Shown: piece after piece, positions 45,871-59,001 of the stretch
Layout: each line of letters begins with the position of its first letter
Numbering within the stretch: position 1 is the stretch's first letter
Assembly: GCF_006345805.1 (NCBI RefSeq)
Contig: NC_043002.1
Location: 77,128,001 to 77,192,000, forward strand
DNA from: Octopus sinensis
Taxonomy: Eukaryota
DNA length: 64,000 bases
Direction of reading: 5' to 3'
Made by a program: the position numbers and the translations under genes
The notes under the pieces: generated by a model
Database searches by the model: none
The model's input: the letters and a program-made list of their open reading frames with translations, nothing else
Told to the model about the DNA's origin: nothing

Positions 45871-48774
45871 CAATCAGGGTGACAGAATGGATAAGACAAT
45901 GGACAAGATCAAAAGGCCAACCAAAGACAAGATGGCAAAATGGTCTCACCTGCTATTTGGAGCCTACATGCCCATGACTTGCCAGAGACAGACAGCAGTT
46001 CCTCCTTCAGGAGTGATGAAACCTTGGATGTTGGATGTAGGATTCTAGATTTGATCTCAATACATACCACCTTGAGCAAACATCCCCTCCCATAGCCTTC
46101 AGGTTGACTAACACCTTGTGAGTGGAATTTGGTTGACTATAACTGTGTAGTTTAATGTGAGTCTGTGTATGTTCAGTTTCTGCTTTTAGGTGGTTATAGT
46201 ATTCTCAGTGCAATTTCAGCATCAAGAGAGAAGTATCTGCTGATTTCTGGCCACCAGATTCATAAACTTGTCAACAACTTCCTGTTTGTAATTGTCAGTG
46301 TTTATAATTGGCCTTGCATTTCTTGATATTTAAACTAAATTTTACTTAATTGCTTTTCCTTTACCCATACATCAATATTCCAATAGTAAGATTTAAACTA
46401 TTTTTACTTCTAAGCTGAATATTCATTTGCCATCAGAGCTGCTAAATAAGTTAGATAAATTCTGGAATGTTTGATGAAGAATTCAGGTCTTGATATTTTG
46501 AAAAGTGGGAAGTTGTTAAATAGTTGGACATAGTAGATAGAACTCACTGAATTGTGGGTTTAATGAGATGGAAAAATTACGTATGGTCAATCACTTAGAT
46601 GTAAAAACCACTGACAGGTATATAAATAAGAAATTTTAAAAATGGTAAGAAAATGTAGAATTTTTCATAGTCTTCTTACAAAGAAGAACAGTGATATCTG
46701 TTGAGATTTTTCATAAGTAAAATATTTATTCATTTTGAAAATGAAGAAAAATGTCATTGCTACAAACAACAAGCATTAATAGTTTGGAGATAATTTTTCT
46801 TGGATAGCTATGATTATAGCAGCAGTCAAACTGTGATTAGCTGCTGGTCTTCCTACCATCTTCTAATGTCTTGTTTGCCACCTGTTCATTACTTTAACTG
46901 TTATCAGCTTCAGTCAACTGCTGTCCACCATTTCTCTGCTGTCTGCCTGCCATCTCATCTCTCCATAGAAGCTAAGGTGTGCTGAATATATAGTGATGGT
47001 TAGGCTCAGAAAGAAATGCACCAAAAGATGAAAATGTTGCTGGACCTGGTTCTAGGTGAAGTCTTGATTGGTCAGATCTTTTGAGTGACGTGGGAAATAT
47101 TCTAGTGACTCACGACATCAGATACAGTGAGCTGATTGCCAAATGTTCCCACTACAGTTTTGATATATGGAATGTCTGTAATGTTATTCTGCTTGTCATT
47201 ACAAATGTTGAAATGTCGTACTTTTAACAATGTTAACTATGGGACAAAACCAAAGACATAATCAAAATTTTACTGAAACAGTGCTATGAAGATCCTATAA
47301 ATGTGTCATTCAAAATAGAAATAAGAAAATTTATTAAAAGTAAAATTTCTAAAGATCCTGCTAATATAGATAAATATGAAGAGTGAATTCAAACAAAAGT
47401 AAATAAATTTTGTCTGAAGTATTGTGTGTATTGAGTTGTTGACTTGTTGGGGTGAGATTTAAACATCACTGCAGATATTGTTCTATGTTTCTAAGAATGA
47501 CTGTCGGTTCTGCCCTGTTCATTTGATTGCGGAGAAAGAGTAATGGCTATTTAATGTTTTAGGGATATAGTTACCTTGCATAAATTGGTGTCTTGTCTAG
47601 AGGGAGATTTGTTGAGAATTCACTTAATACTGTAAAAACTGGCTGTGTACTGGCTCTTGGGTCTCAGAAACAATTTAAAGGAATTAAAATAGATATCATT
47701 ATCACCATCACCATCTCCACTACCACCACCATCCTTTTACATGTATTTTTCCTGGTTGGCATTGGTTAGATCAGTCTTACATCTTGCCTCTTCAATTGAT
47801 CCTTTGTTATTTGAGATAAGCAACAACAGAAAAAAACCCAACAATGAGCTTCTATGTAACTCCTTGCTCTGCTAGAAATAGCTCCAAAATTTCCTTTAAA
47901 CCATACCTTACTATCATAAATAAAGGACTCATTGAATAACGCCACCTTAGATATACTGTAAATGAAAATAATATTAACAGTTATGGCTGGAATGCCGTTG
48001 ATCATTAAGTCTGTTTGATTAAGGTTAACCTGGGGTTGAACAACACTAACCAGCAACCTCTGTCATTTCATGTTTAACACACTCAAACACACATGGATGT
48101 AGAAAGACCTTCTGCTGTGGAAATTGTCTCAGTAGAAAATTCTCCTCTAAGACATATGTGAAAGCATATATTGGATTGTGTATGGCATCACTGGATCACA
48201 GGAAATATGTTTCAGCATTCTTTCAAGTTGTAACTGGCAAACACAAATCTGCCTTTCACAGTCCAAAAATAATTCTTTATATTAGAATAACACATAGTAT
48301 GTTTGCTGATGTGTGTAATGATTTGTCAAGCAAGAATTGACTAAATTCATCACCCCCACCACCACCACCATTATCATCATCATTGTCATCATCATCATCA
48401 TGAAACAACCGTTTTCCATGTTGGCATGGATTAGACAGTTTGACAGGAGCTGACAACGGGCTTCTTTCAGTCTCTGTCTACAAAATCCACTCACAAGGTT
48501 TTGGTCAGCCTGAATTTCTAGTAGAAGACACTTGCCCAAAGGACTGAACCTGGAACCATGTGGTTGGTAAGCAGTCTACTTACCACACAGCCATTCGTCA
48601 ACCATTTTTCAACTTGAACTGAGTGCATTCATTTAGCCAGTATTTGCTGGATTTAGCAGTTACTTCAACTTAATGGATTTAATTTGCTTATACACAAGTG
48701 GAAATATTTGTAAGGATGGAGTTAAGGTTTATTACTGGCATTTACACAGCAGATAATATCAAAACAGTAGTGGC

Positions 48775-49440
48775 CTTTTTACTGTAGGCACAAGGCCTGA
48801 AATTTTGGGAGGAGACAGCCAGTCAAGTACATCAACCCTAGTGCTCAACTGGTGCTTCTTTCATTGACACCAAAAAGACGAAAGGTAAAGTCAACCTTGG
48901 TGGAGTTTGAACTCAGAATGAAAAGATGAATGAAATGCCGCTAAACACTTTGGCATGCTAATGATTCTGCCAGCTTGCTTCCTTAATATTCTTTTCTACT
49001 CTAGGCACAAGGCCTGAAATTTTGAGGGAGAGGGTCAGTCGATTAGATCAACCCCAGTTCGCAACTGGTACATAATTTATCGACCCTGAAAGGATGGAGG
49101 GCAAAGCCAACCTTGGCGGAATTTGAACTCCGAACCTAAGGACAGGTGAAATACTGCTAAGCATTTTGCCCAGAGTGCTAACATTTCTGCCAGCTCCCTG
49201 CCTTAATATTAAATAGTGCTATTGGTTTCAAATTTTGGCACAAGGCCAATAAGTGCAAGGGAGGGAGTAAGCCAATTACATCAATCCTAGTATTCAACTG
49301 GCACTTATTTTATCGACCCTGAAAGGATGAAAGGGAAAGTAGACTTGTGCAGAATTTGAACTCAGAATGTAAAGCCGGATGAATTCCCACTAAGTTTTTT
49401 GTGTAGCATGTTATCAATTCTGCCAGTTTGCCACCTAAAT
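48775..49440 (-). mobile_element. Three head-to-tail SINE D copies (48775-48985, 48987-49206, 49220-49440)
   Basis: Three consecutive family bodies with different tail subtypes. Confidence 0.85.
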
Positions 49441-50081
49441 ATCAAAGTAGCATTATTAATATTTAGATAAAATTATATGCTGTTAATGTTAGGCAGATTT
49501 TCCTTACTCAGTTGTATTAAACTCCTCAAGTTCTCAATAACTACCAGTAGGAAGTAATGTGATTGAGTGAAGGAAAAGAATGACTGCTTTTAAGATTGGC
49601 TATATTTTTATATTATTTTTTTTAATAGATTTTACATCATGTTGTGTGAGCATATGTTAGAGGTTTTTAATGAGTTGCTGCATTATGATATAACTGCATT
49701 ATAGTCACTGCATTATGATGTCAAGAAAGCCTCTGTACGATATATGCAGGTAGCTGCCACAGAATATTTCCATTCAAAGACACTGGTTTACTAGTTTTCA
49801 TGCTGATGTTTTTATATCTGGTTCCAATATATATCAGAAGGACACACACATGAACACAGTGGGCTTTCACATATTTTATGCCTACTAAATTACATTCACA
49901 AAGCAATGGTCAACCTGAGACAATGGAAAAAGAGTCTTCCCCAAAATACTGTGGAATTGAACTCAGGATCACTTGGTCACATGCAAAGTGAACTTCTTAA
50001 CCACATAGCCATATATCTATATGTTCATTAAATGTATTTTCTGTCTAGTTACCAATAACTATATTAATATACTGACATACT

Positions 50082-50537
50082 AAGGTAGTGAGCTGGCAGA
50101 AATGTCAGCACGACAGATGAAATGCTTAGCAGTATTTTATCTGTCTTTACATTCTTATTTCTTTATTGCCCACAAGGGGCCAATCATAGAGGGGACAAAC
50201 AAGGACAAAGGGGTTAAGTTGATTACATCAACCCCAGTAACTGGTATTTAATTTATCGACCCCGAAAGAATGAAAGGCAAAGTCAACCTCTGCGGAATTT
50301 GAACTCAGAATGTAACAGCAGACGAACTACTGCTAAGCATTTCACACGACGTGCTATCATTTCTGCCAGCTCGCCGCCTTCTGTCTTTATATCCTGAGTT
50401 CAAATTGCACCAAGGTCGACTTTGCCTTTTATCCTTTGGGGGTCGATAAATTAAAGTACCAGTTGCGCACTGGGGTCAATCTAATCGACTGTCCCCCTCC
50501 CCCAAAATTTCAGACCTTGTGCCTAGAGTAGAAAAGA
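50082..50537. mobile_element. Plus-strand SINE D with an antisense SINE D (50156-50379) inserted into it
   Basis: TSD tctgtctttacattct / tctgtctttatatcct. Confidence 0.85.
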
Positions 50538-51147
50538 ATATACTAACATACTGCATTAATACTGATATAAATTTTCATCTATATAAGAACTAGTTTATTT
50601 TTCTTGTAATAAATCTAAACCACCTTTACATTCCATTTTCTTTTCTCTCTTTCACAGAATAAATTTATGGTTCTGCTTTTGGTAAGTCAAAATATTTTTG
50701 TCCTCTGAATTTAGAAGTTCTTGCATGATGTCATTCTAAGACATTTATTCTAGCATTTAAAAATTTTTGTTTTATTATTCTTTTCCTTTTTAAATTACTT
50801 ATTCATTGAATTTACCATCAACGTCTTTAAGCTTGACGTCATATAAGCAAGTTCCTAGTTCAGATTCCTGTTATGCTTAGTTGCTAAATAAGTAGTTCAG
50901 ATTGCATGGCAAGAAAATTGGTAACTTCCTTCTAGTTATTTACTTATCATCCCATCTGAACTATTACTAATCTTAGACTACTGAAATATCTTTAACAGTT
51001 ATTTCCGCTTTTGATAAAGGTTAGTGAGTTAGTTCTAGGTTAAACACTTTTGTCATCATTCTTTTGTTGAAATGAACAGCATTTGTTTTATCTAATTTTG
51101 AAAATAATGAAGGATTGAATAGAATGACATTCTCATTATTAAACTGG

Positions 51148-51555
51148 TCTCTTTTACTCTTTTACTTGTTTCAATCATTTGACTGTGGCCATGCTGGAGC
51201 ACCACCTTTAGTCAAGCAAATTGACCACAGGACTTATTCTTTATAAGCCTAGTACTTATTCTATCGATCTCTTTTGCAAAACCGCTAAGTTACGGGGACG
51301 TAAACACACCAGCATCAGTTGTCAAGCAATGTTGGGGGGACAAACACAAACAGACAAACACACACACATACATTTATACATACACATATATACGACAGGC
51401 TTCTATCAGTTTCCGTCTACCAAATCCACTCACAAGGCTTTGGTCGGCCCGAGGCTATAGTAGAAGACACTTGCCCAAGGTGCTACTCAGTGGGACTGAA
51501 CCCGGAACCATGTGGTTGGTAAACAAGCTACTTAACACACAGCCACTCCTACGCC
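51148..51555 (-). mobile_element. Full-length SINE family C
   Basis: As 9622-10018. Confidence 0.9.
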
Positions 51556-51702
51556 TAAAAACGATGAACAACCTTAATCGGTTTTCAAACCTTATTGGGT
51601 TCTCATCAGAGGTGTCTATATCATTCTGACTCTCTCCATTTTGGAACATAAATTAACATGAAACTTAGATGTAATGTAAGGTTTTATTGTAGATCACTTA
51701 AA

Positions 51703-52043
51703 CCCTTTAGTATTTAAACTGGGCATATCCAACTGAAATATTTTACCTGTTTTATGTTCAAACCAGCCAGATCTGGCCTCTCACACCTACCTTACAATGT
51801 CATTCTAAAATAAATAACCATATTACTGAAATACTCTTTTTTACTCTTTTACTTCTTTCAGTCATTTGACTGCATCCATGCTGGAGCACTGCCTTTAATT
51901 GAGCAACTCAACCTCGGGTCTTATTCATTTGTAAGCCCAGTACTTATTCTATTGGTCTCTTTTGCCGAACCGCTGAGTAAACACACCAGCATCGGTTGTC
52001 AAGCAATGCTAGGGGGACAAACACAGACACACAAACACACACA

Positions 52044-52089
<46 letters not shown>

Positions 52090-52249
52090 TACGACGGGCT
52101 TCTTTTCAGTTTCCGTCTACCAAATCCACTCACAAGGCTTTGGTCAGCCCGAGGCTATAGTAGAAGTTATGAGATAATGTATGATTAATTCAAAGCAATG
52201 TGAGTAAATAAGCATTACATTTGACAGAGTAATGTTAACTGCTAAAGGG
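51703..52249. mobile_element. piggyBac-like MITE interrupted by SINE C (~51833-52163)
   Basis: ttaaa|ccctttagtattt...gctaaaggg|ttaa. Confidence 0.8.
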
Positions 52250-52689
52250 TTAAACAGGACATTTGTATCATTGAACCAAGGATGGTCTTAGACAGGTTAA
52301 CACTTTGCCTACTTAATTTTCTAATAGATTATGTATTTTTTTATTTTTTAAGTATATAGCTGCAATCCATTGACTGTAACAAATAAAAGAGAAGAAAAAA
52401 AATGGAAAGAAATATGTCTAGTTCACTATATAAACTGACCACATTGGTTTATAGCATGGTTATCGCTGGGGATCCCTCCAGTACAGAGCAAATATTACAT
52501 TCATTCTGTATTGCGAGGAATCACTGGAAGGCAAAGTGTTATAAAATATAAACGAGCAATGAGGAATTTTTTTTCTTTATTCCAAATTCTCATGATTCAA
52601 CTTCTAGCCCCCCCCCCAAATTGCCAGTATTGCATAATAATATAAAAATTGGCACTGGAATATTCTTTCAATTGATGTGAAGCTTTTCT

Positions 52690-52902
52690 TCGTCTACTTC
52701 TTCTTCCTCCTCGTCTTCCTCTTCTTCTTCTTCTTCTTCCTCCGTCTCCCCCTTCTCGTCCTCCTCCTCTTCTTCTTCTTCTCCTTCCTCCGTCTCCCCC
52801 TTCTCCTCCTCCTCCCCTCCTCCCCTCCTCCTCCTCCTCGCTCTTCTTCTTCTTCTTCTTCTTCTTCTTCTTCTTCTTCTTCTTCTTCTTCTTCTTCTTC
52901 TC
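52690..52902. repeat. (TTC/CTC)n polypyrimidine repeat
   Basis: Direct inspection. Confidence 0.95.
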
Positions 52903-53504
52903 ATTTCTAGTTCTACTATCATTTCTAGTTGATGACTAAATGTACAAAAATAAAGGTTGAAACCTATTTTTGCTTTCTTTCTCAAAAGCTTCACCCACAT
53001 AAACTGTTTCCAAAATTAACTTGTTTCTCCATATTCATGCAGTGTCAGACAGTTCAACAACTGCATGCCCCAATTCTACAGTATCAGTATTTACTAATTT
53101 ATAAATTGCGACCTTCCCAGACTACTGATAATATTTCAACTGAACAAGGTAGTCACTATGTGGTCACTCAAAACACTAGAAATAGTGGCTAAATCTCCTT
53201 CAAACTACACTACTATATTAAAAAAAAAGAAGCATACATTGGATAAAGTAGGTTTTGATATACAAAATTATGTGATGGTCATAGCTGGAATGCCTTTGAT
53301 CATAGGTCTACTTTATCAAGGCTGACCTGGGACTAAACAATAAAAAATCATAGGATTTATTCTTTACTAATTTTCATGAGGGAGTCTCTACATGGTTGTT
53401 TTATCTGCTAGAAACAGTAGCCAAATATTTCTAAGATTAGGCCAGACCATCTTAAAAAAAAAGTTCACATTAGATATGATATCTATGGGAATACTGTGCC
53501 TGAG

Positions 53505-53515
53505 GAAGAAAGAAA

Positions 53516-53548
<33 letters not shown>

Positions 53549-53587
53549 GAAGGAAGGAAGGAAGGAAGGAAAGATGGGAAGGAAGGA

Positions 53588-53618
<31 letters not shown>

Positions 53619-53755
53619 GAAGGAAGGAAGGAAGGAAGGAAAGATGGGAAGGAAGGAAAGAAAGAAAGAAAGAAAGAAAGAAAGAAGGGAAGGAAGGAAG
53701 GAAGGCAAGATAGAAAGAAAGAAAGAAAGAAAAAAGAAAGAACAAAAGAAAGAAG
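53505..53755. repeat. (GAAA)n/(GGAA)n polypurine array with ~70-bp higher-order period
   Basis: aagatgggaa at 53571 and 53641; variant at about 53706. Confidence 0.95.
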
Positions 53756-53994
53756 AGCATGGTCATCATTTAAAACACCTTTGATAACAGGCCTTTTAAG
53801 TCAAGGATGACCTGGGGCTAAACAAAAACAGCTAAATTTATCCAGTAGTATATGTTTAATCCGACATACTTCTGTTCTATATATCACTTAATGCATACAT
53901 CATCTCTAAATATCTGAGTATGAGGAATCTTTTAAACATACTTGAGTCATTCCACATAGCATGCAGGAGGTTCTCAAGGTTGCATACAACATTA

Positions 53995-54014
53995 TCTATA
54001 TCTATATACATATA

Positions 54015-54052
<38 letters not shown>

Positions 54053-54104
54053 TTATATATATATATACATTTATATATATATATACATTTATATATATAT
54101 ACAT

Positions 54105-54135
<31 letters not shown>

Positions 54136-54185
54136 TATATATATACATACATATATATATGTACGTATGTATGTATATTTATTTA
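53995..54185. repeat. (TA)n microsatellite with repeated acattt interruptions
   Basis: Direct inspection. Confidence 0.9.
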
Positions 54186-54604
54186 CACACACAGTATGTA
54201 TTCTATCTACAATTGTTTGTACCATCCAGGATCTCTTTTATATTTGTAAATTACATTCTAAGCTATATTAAGCCTATTTAAGGGGTTATATTAATCTTCT
54301 GTAACTGACAGGATTAGTTTAGATTATCTAAATTTCTGCTTCGTATTATTCCAATGAAATTATATTTGTTTTTAATAACTCTGCTATGATTACTCACTCA
54401 TCAACGAGTCTGTGGACTGAAGCATTCATTTCTGCTTAGCTGTTTAAGAATACTCTCTGTAAGACAGAGTTTAAGAATGCTATATGAATGAATGTGTGCA
54501 TTTGCCAATACAGTGGTTGTTTACATATTTCAAACCTTCAACTCGCTTTTTTTCTTCTTCTTCAAATTATTTTCCTAGTAATAACAAATTTATTACCTTC
54601 TACA

Positions 54605-55000
54605 TTTTACTTGTTCCAGTCATTAGACTGTGGCCATGCTGGGGCACTACCTTGAAGAATTTTTAGTTGAATGAATCAACTCTAGTGCTTTTTCTTTTTT
54701 CACTTTTTTAAGCCTGGTACTTATTCTACCAGCCTCTTTTGTTGAACTGCTAGGTTACAGGGACATAAACACATAAAAACCGGTTTTCATTCAGTGATGC
54801 AGGACAAACACAGACCCAAAGACACACACACACACACACATATGACAAGTTTCTTTTGGTTTCTGTCTACCAAATCCACTCACAAGACTTTGGTTGGCCC
54901 AAGGCTATAGTAGAAAAGACTTACCCAAGGTGCCATGCAATGAGACTGAACCTGGAACCATGTGGTTGGGAAGTAAGCTTCTTACTACAAAACCATGCCT
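54605..55000 (-). mobile_element. SINE family C
   Basis: Family body. Confidence 0.8.
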
Positions 55001-55147
55001 GTGCTTGATTGTATACATTTTAATGAAAATGGTGAAGTCACCAGACTCTCAAGATTGAAGTCAATGAAATGTAATAACATTCTCAAAACAGGGTGTGGTT
55101 TATATTCCAGACAATTGATGTTTGGTTCTTTGTATTAGATGGCATAC

Positions 55148-55243
55148 AATATCGATTGTTCCATACAAAGATATAAAAATTCTTGAAGAGAATATAGAAT
55201 ATATTCTAACAAATCGTTTTCAAGTCTACTATGGTCGACAACA
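55148..55243 (-). CDS. Candidate exon (VVDHSRLENDLLEYILYSLQEFLYLCMEQSI), phase 2 to 2
   Basis: Acceptor gatgaaattttcag| and donor tt|gtatgc (alternative t|gtatgg at 55167); helical-looking peptide. Confidence 0.3.
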
Positions 55244-56237
55244 CTGAAAATTTCATCACATCAACATGACTTATTTTTGTTTTTAAATTGTGTCCTACTC
55301 AAAAAGAGATTATCTGAAAGGTTTGGTCTACTCAAAACTGTGCAGTAGTCGCTGTCTCATTTTAGATTATAGGAAAAGATCCTTGAAATTTAAGTAACTT
55401 TAAAAGTATTTTATATATTTTTTGATTTTCATTTCATTTAGAATAATTAACAACATGATTATTTAATGTGCTGCCTATAACTACAGATGCAAAAGGAATA
55501 ATTCTTTGGCATGAAATACAACACACAAGAAGTCATATATATATATATATATATATATATATCAAGGGAAAGAGAGAGAGAGAGAGAGTGAGAGAGAGAG
55601 ATTGATACATATATATAAATATATATATATGTATTTGTGTGTGTATGTGTGTGTGTGTGTGCATGCATACATGTGCGTGCATGTGTGTGTGTGTGAATGT
55701 AAACATATATATGTATATAAACATACATACATACATAATTACACATAGAGAAAGAGAGAGGCATAGATCCATTAACTGAAGAATCATTCTGTGTGGAATA
55801 TAAAATCTATTTCCACTAAGAATGTTTAACTGTTACTATGAAATTTCACCATCTTCTAGCTTCTACACATACAATAATTACATGTTATATTTTGCCAGTT
55901 TTGTGGTTAAGAGAATCAAAGAGATTAAGAATTACTCTGCTAGAAATTATAATAATAAAATTAAGTGTATATAGCTATTATGCAATAAAGTCTAGACTGT
56001 AACTACGATCACAAGGCCTTCACTATATTAGATGTTGTGTGAGATTCATCTTTATCTTTCATTGTTCCCATTGTCTATTCTTAGCTGGTGTTAATGCCTG
56101 TTACCTCTTTTGGTGATGTCTGAAAGGACAAAACAATAAAAGAGGCTCCTAAACAGTCACTCAACCTACTAGAAACGGCCCTCAGGTTTCCATCAAAATT
56201 CGCCCCGTTTTCTTAAAAGAGGGTGTACATATTAGAC

Positions 56238-56469
56238 CAATGGTTCTTGACCAGGGTCCATATGTCCCTTGGGGTTCCATGTAAGATTTTGTTGTTATAC
56301 TTCTACAATACACTAAATATTTTTAACAATTTTTTTTGTACAATTCCTAATGATATTTAATTATAAAAATATTATAGGGTTTTTCAAATATCAACTGGCT
56401 GTGAGGGTCCATCCAAATAAAAAAGGAATCAAAGAGGGTCCATAGGCAAGAAATGGTTGAGAACTACTG
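56238..56469. mobile_element. hAT (Buster-type) MITE
   Basis: TIRs caatggttcttgacc and ggttgagaactactg; 8-bp TSD tatTAgac / tttTAgat. Confidence 0.8.
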
Positions 56470-57949
56470 TTTTAGATCATATAATCTTAGGTATACTGTT
56501 AACCGTATTAACCCAGTTCTGAGCTGGAGTTAAACAACAAATTGTAAAGGTCTTTAGTCATAGATCTGTGGATATGTGCATGTACCAGTAAAGATGAATG
56601 ATCTATTGTTCCTTTCTTTATACATATTCCATAAGAGTTTTCCCTGAATTCTTTGCATCAAGAAGCAGAGCTTCTGTGTGTTGAGGAGTGATAATGTCCT
56701 TTTTACAGGGTATAGCCAACATATGAACTTCTACAAGGCAGCCAAATCTCCCAGATCACAGTCTACCATCTGAAATAATAAGGACATACTGAATAACGTA
56801 GTCCCTAATATACAAAAATACGGGATTATCATGTTTGAAATATCTTTGATCATAGGTTTATTCAATCAGGAATCAGGGCTTACATGGGGCTAAACAAAAA
56901 CTGGTTTCCAGTTTAAACAGTCCATGAGAAACAGTGGAACCTCAGTTTACAAATGCCTTTCATCATAAACAAATAAGTTTATGAATAATTTTTTGGACAT
57001 AAAGCATCTCAGGTGACAGTGTCTTGAGTAATGAACACACAAACCAACAACTAAGGTTAGTGATAACTTAAGAGTATCAGCAGGGAGAGTATCAGTTGTT
57101 GTGTAGCTTTTGTTCAGTGCACATCCCTGCTTGAATATGCCATGCCTTCACTTAAATTTCCTATTGGAGAAATAGTTTCAGTTACAAACATTTTGTGTGA
57201 TAAACAGTTTTAGGAACAAATTAAATTCATAAACCAAGGATCCAATGTATCATAATCCCCTGCTTCAGTATTATTTACATGAAAATATCATCAGCCCTTC
57301 AACCTACACCCATAAATTTAACCCCATTATGTAACCAACACATTATTATATTTCTAGGTTGAGGCAAGCATGGCTGTGTGGTTATGAAGTTTGCTTCACA
57401 GTTAGTGGACTTTATGCTTGATCCCACAGCAAGACACCTTGAGCAGGTGTCTTTATCACAGCATCAGGTTGACCTAAGACTTATGATTGTAAATGGGTCA
57501 ACAACAGAAATTGTATGGAAGTCCATCATATGTATTATGCTTGTAATTCAAGGATTCAGCTTTCTCATCCCCGCTGTTTAATCTTTTCCCCACATTATAT
57601 CCTCCAAACAAAATCTCCTTCTCTTTTTGTCCACTCCCTACATTCCCTCCCCATTACCTCCCACTCTCCTTTTGCAACCTTCTCACTTACCAATTCATCC
57701 TACCCAGTCCTTGGTCTCACTTCACTTATATACACTTCTCCTATAACTTGGATGTACCAAGGTCATCGCCATCTTTTCTCCCCACCCTCTCTCTCTCCTT
57801 CTGAAGTTTCCATGCATCTCCTCTTCTGCAAGACTCCTATTTCTGTCTCTCTACCCATACTGCCTCTCTACCATTCTGCCTTTCATCCCCAGGCACAAAG
57901 TTGCCTTCCTCAATACCTCAGCTGGGGGGCTTTGTTTTGTAAGTTACTT

Positions 57950-58330
57950 GTAAGTTTTGTAAGTTATTGTAAGTTATTTGGTGACCTCACCACCACCACC
58001 ACTGGTACTGGTGCTATGTAAAAAGCACCCAGTACATTCTGTACAGTGGCTGGCATTAGGTAGGGGCATCCAGTTGTAGAAACCATGCCAAAGCAGACGC
58101 TAGAGCTTGGGACAACCCTCTTGCTTCTCAACTCCTGTCAAAGTATCCGAACCAGGCTAGCATGGAACATGGACATTAGGTGAGGATGATGATGACGATG
58201 ATGATGATGATGATGATGATGACGACGATGATAACAATGATGATGACGATGATGACAATGATGATGATGATGATAATGATGACGATGATGACAATGACGA
58301 CGGCGGTGGCAGCAGCGATGACGACGATGA
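57950..58330 (+). mobile_element. RTE-tail element followed by an expanded (GAT/GAC)n tail
   Basis: ggcattagg...gggcatccagttgtagaaaccatgcc...gcatggaacatggacatt, then a trinucleotide array at 58190-58330. Confidence 0.75.
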
Positions 58331-58832
58331 AGTGCCATGCTAATCCAACTTGGGAATTGCACTAAGGCAGCATGCATCTATGGAATACTCAGCTACTGAC
58401 ACATTCATTTAATGACCCTCGCATTCGACTGATTGAACAAGTGAATGCTCATTGTTGAAACTGAAGAAAGATTTACCACAGTTCAAGTTTGTATATGTAG
58501 TAACCAATATGTAGTAACACCTATTTGAACATAAATGCCATTGTGTTTGAAATGTTTCACAAGAACACATTTACATTTGATGCCGGGTTTATGTAGTAAC
58601 CAAAACTTTATTGCTATTTAGTAACTGGCAATAAATATCTGAAATACTTTTCACAACACTTACATATTCCTTTTCATCATTGCTTTCATTAGCATAACAA
58701 ATTTTTGCATTGAACCTTGTTCTTTGATGGAGATCATTTGAGATCTGTGAACATTACTTCTTTGAAATTTTCCTCCTTGAAGTTTTTGTATCTTGGCTAA
58801 TTTTTATTCCTGATGCTGGTACATTATGACAA

Positions 58833-58847
58833 ATGTGTGTGTGTGTG

Positions 58848-58893
<46 letters not shown>

Positions 58894-58956
58894 TTTGTGT
58901 GTGTGTGTGTGTGTGCATGTGTGAGTGTGTGTGAGTGTGTGGTGTGTGTGTGTGTG

Positions 58957-59000
<44 letters not shown>
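58833..59000. repeat. (TG)n microsatellite
   Basis: Direct inspection. Confidence 0.95.

Positions 59001-59001
<1 letters not shown>

Noticed and set aside
46800-47200. Possible Tc1/mariner fragment (PRHSKDLTNQDF resembling PPRSPDL..DF)
   Set aside because: Single weak motif, with no other transposase blocks or TIRs.
48050-48340. ~96-codon plus-strand open frame with CGNC...KFSSKTYVKAY (zinc-finger-like)
   Set aside because: No His ligands or clear splice sites; open frames of this length are expected occasionally by chance in 64 kb.
52440-53200. Exon-like segments at 52454-52550 and 53043-53148
   Set aside because: Plausible signals on both strands with no consistent phase partners; cannot be told from noise without transcripts.
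54398-54456. Minus-strand exon with excellent splice sites (ttacag| ... |gtgagt)
   Set aside because: All three frames contain a stop before the donor; at best a non-coding or poison exon.
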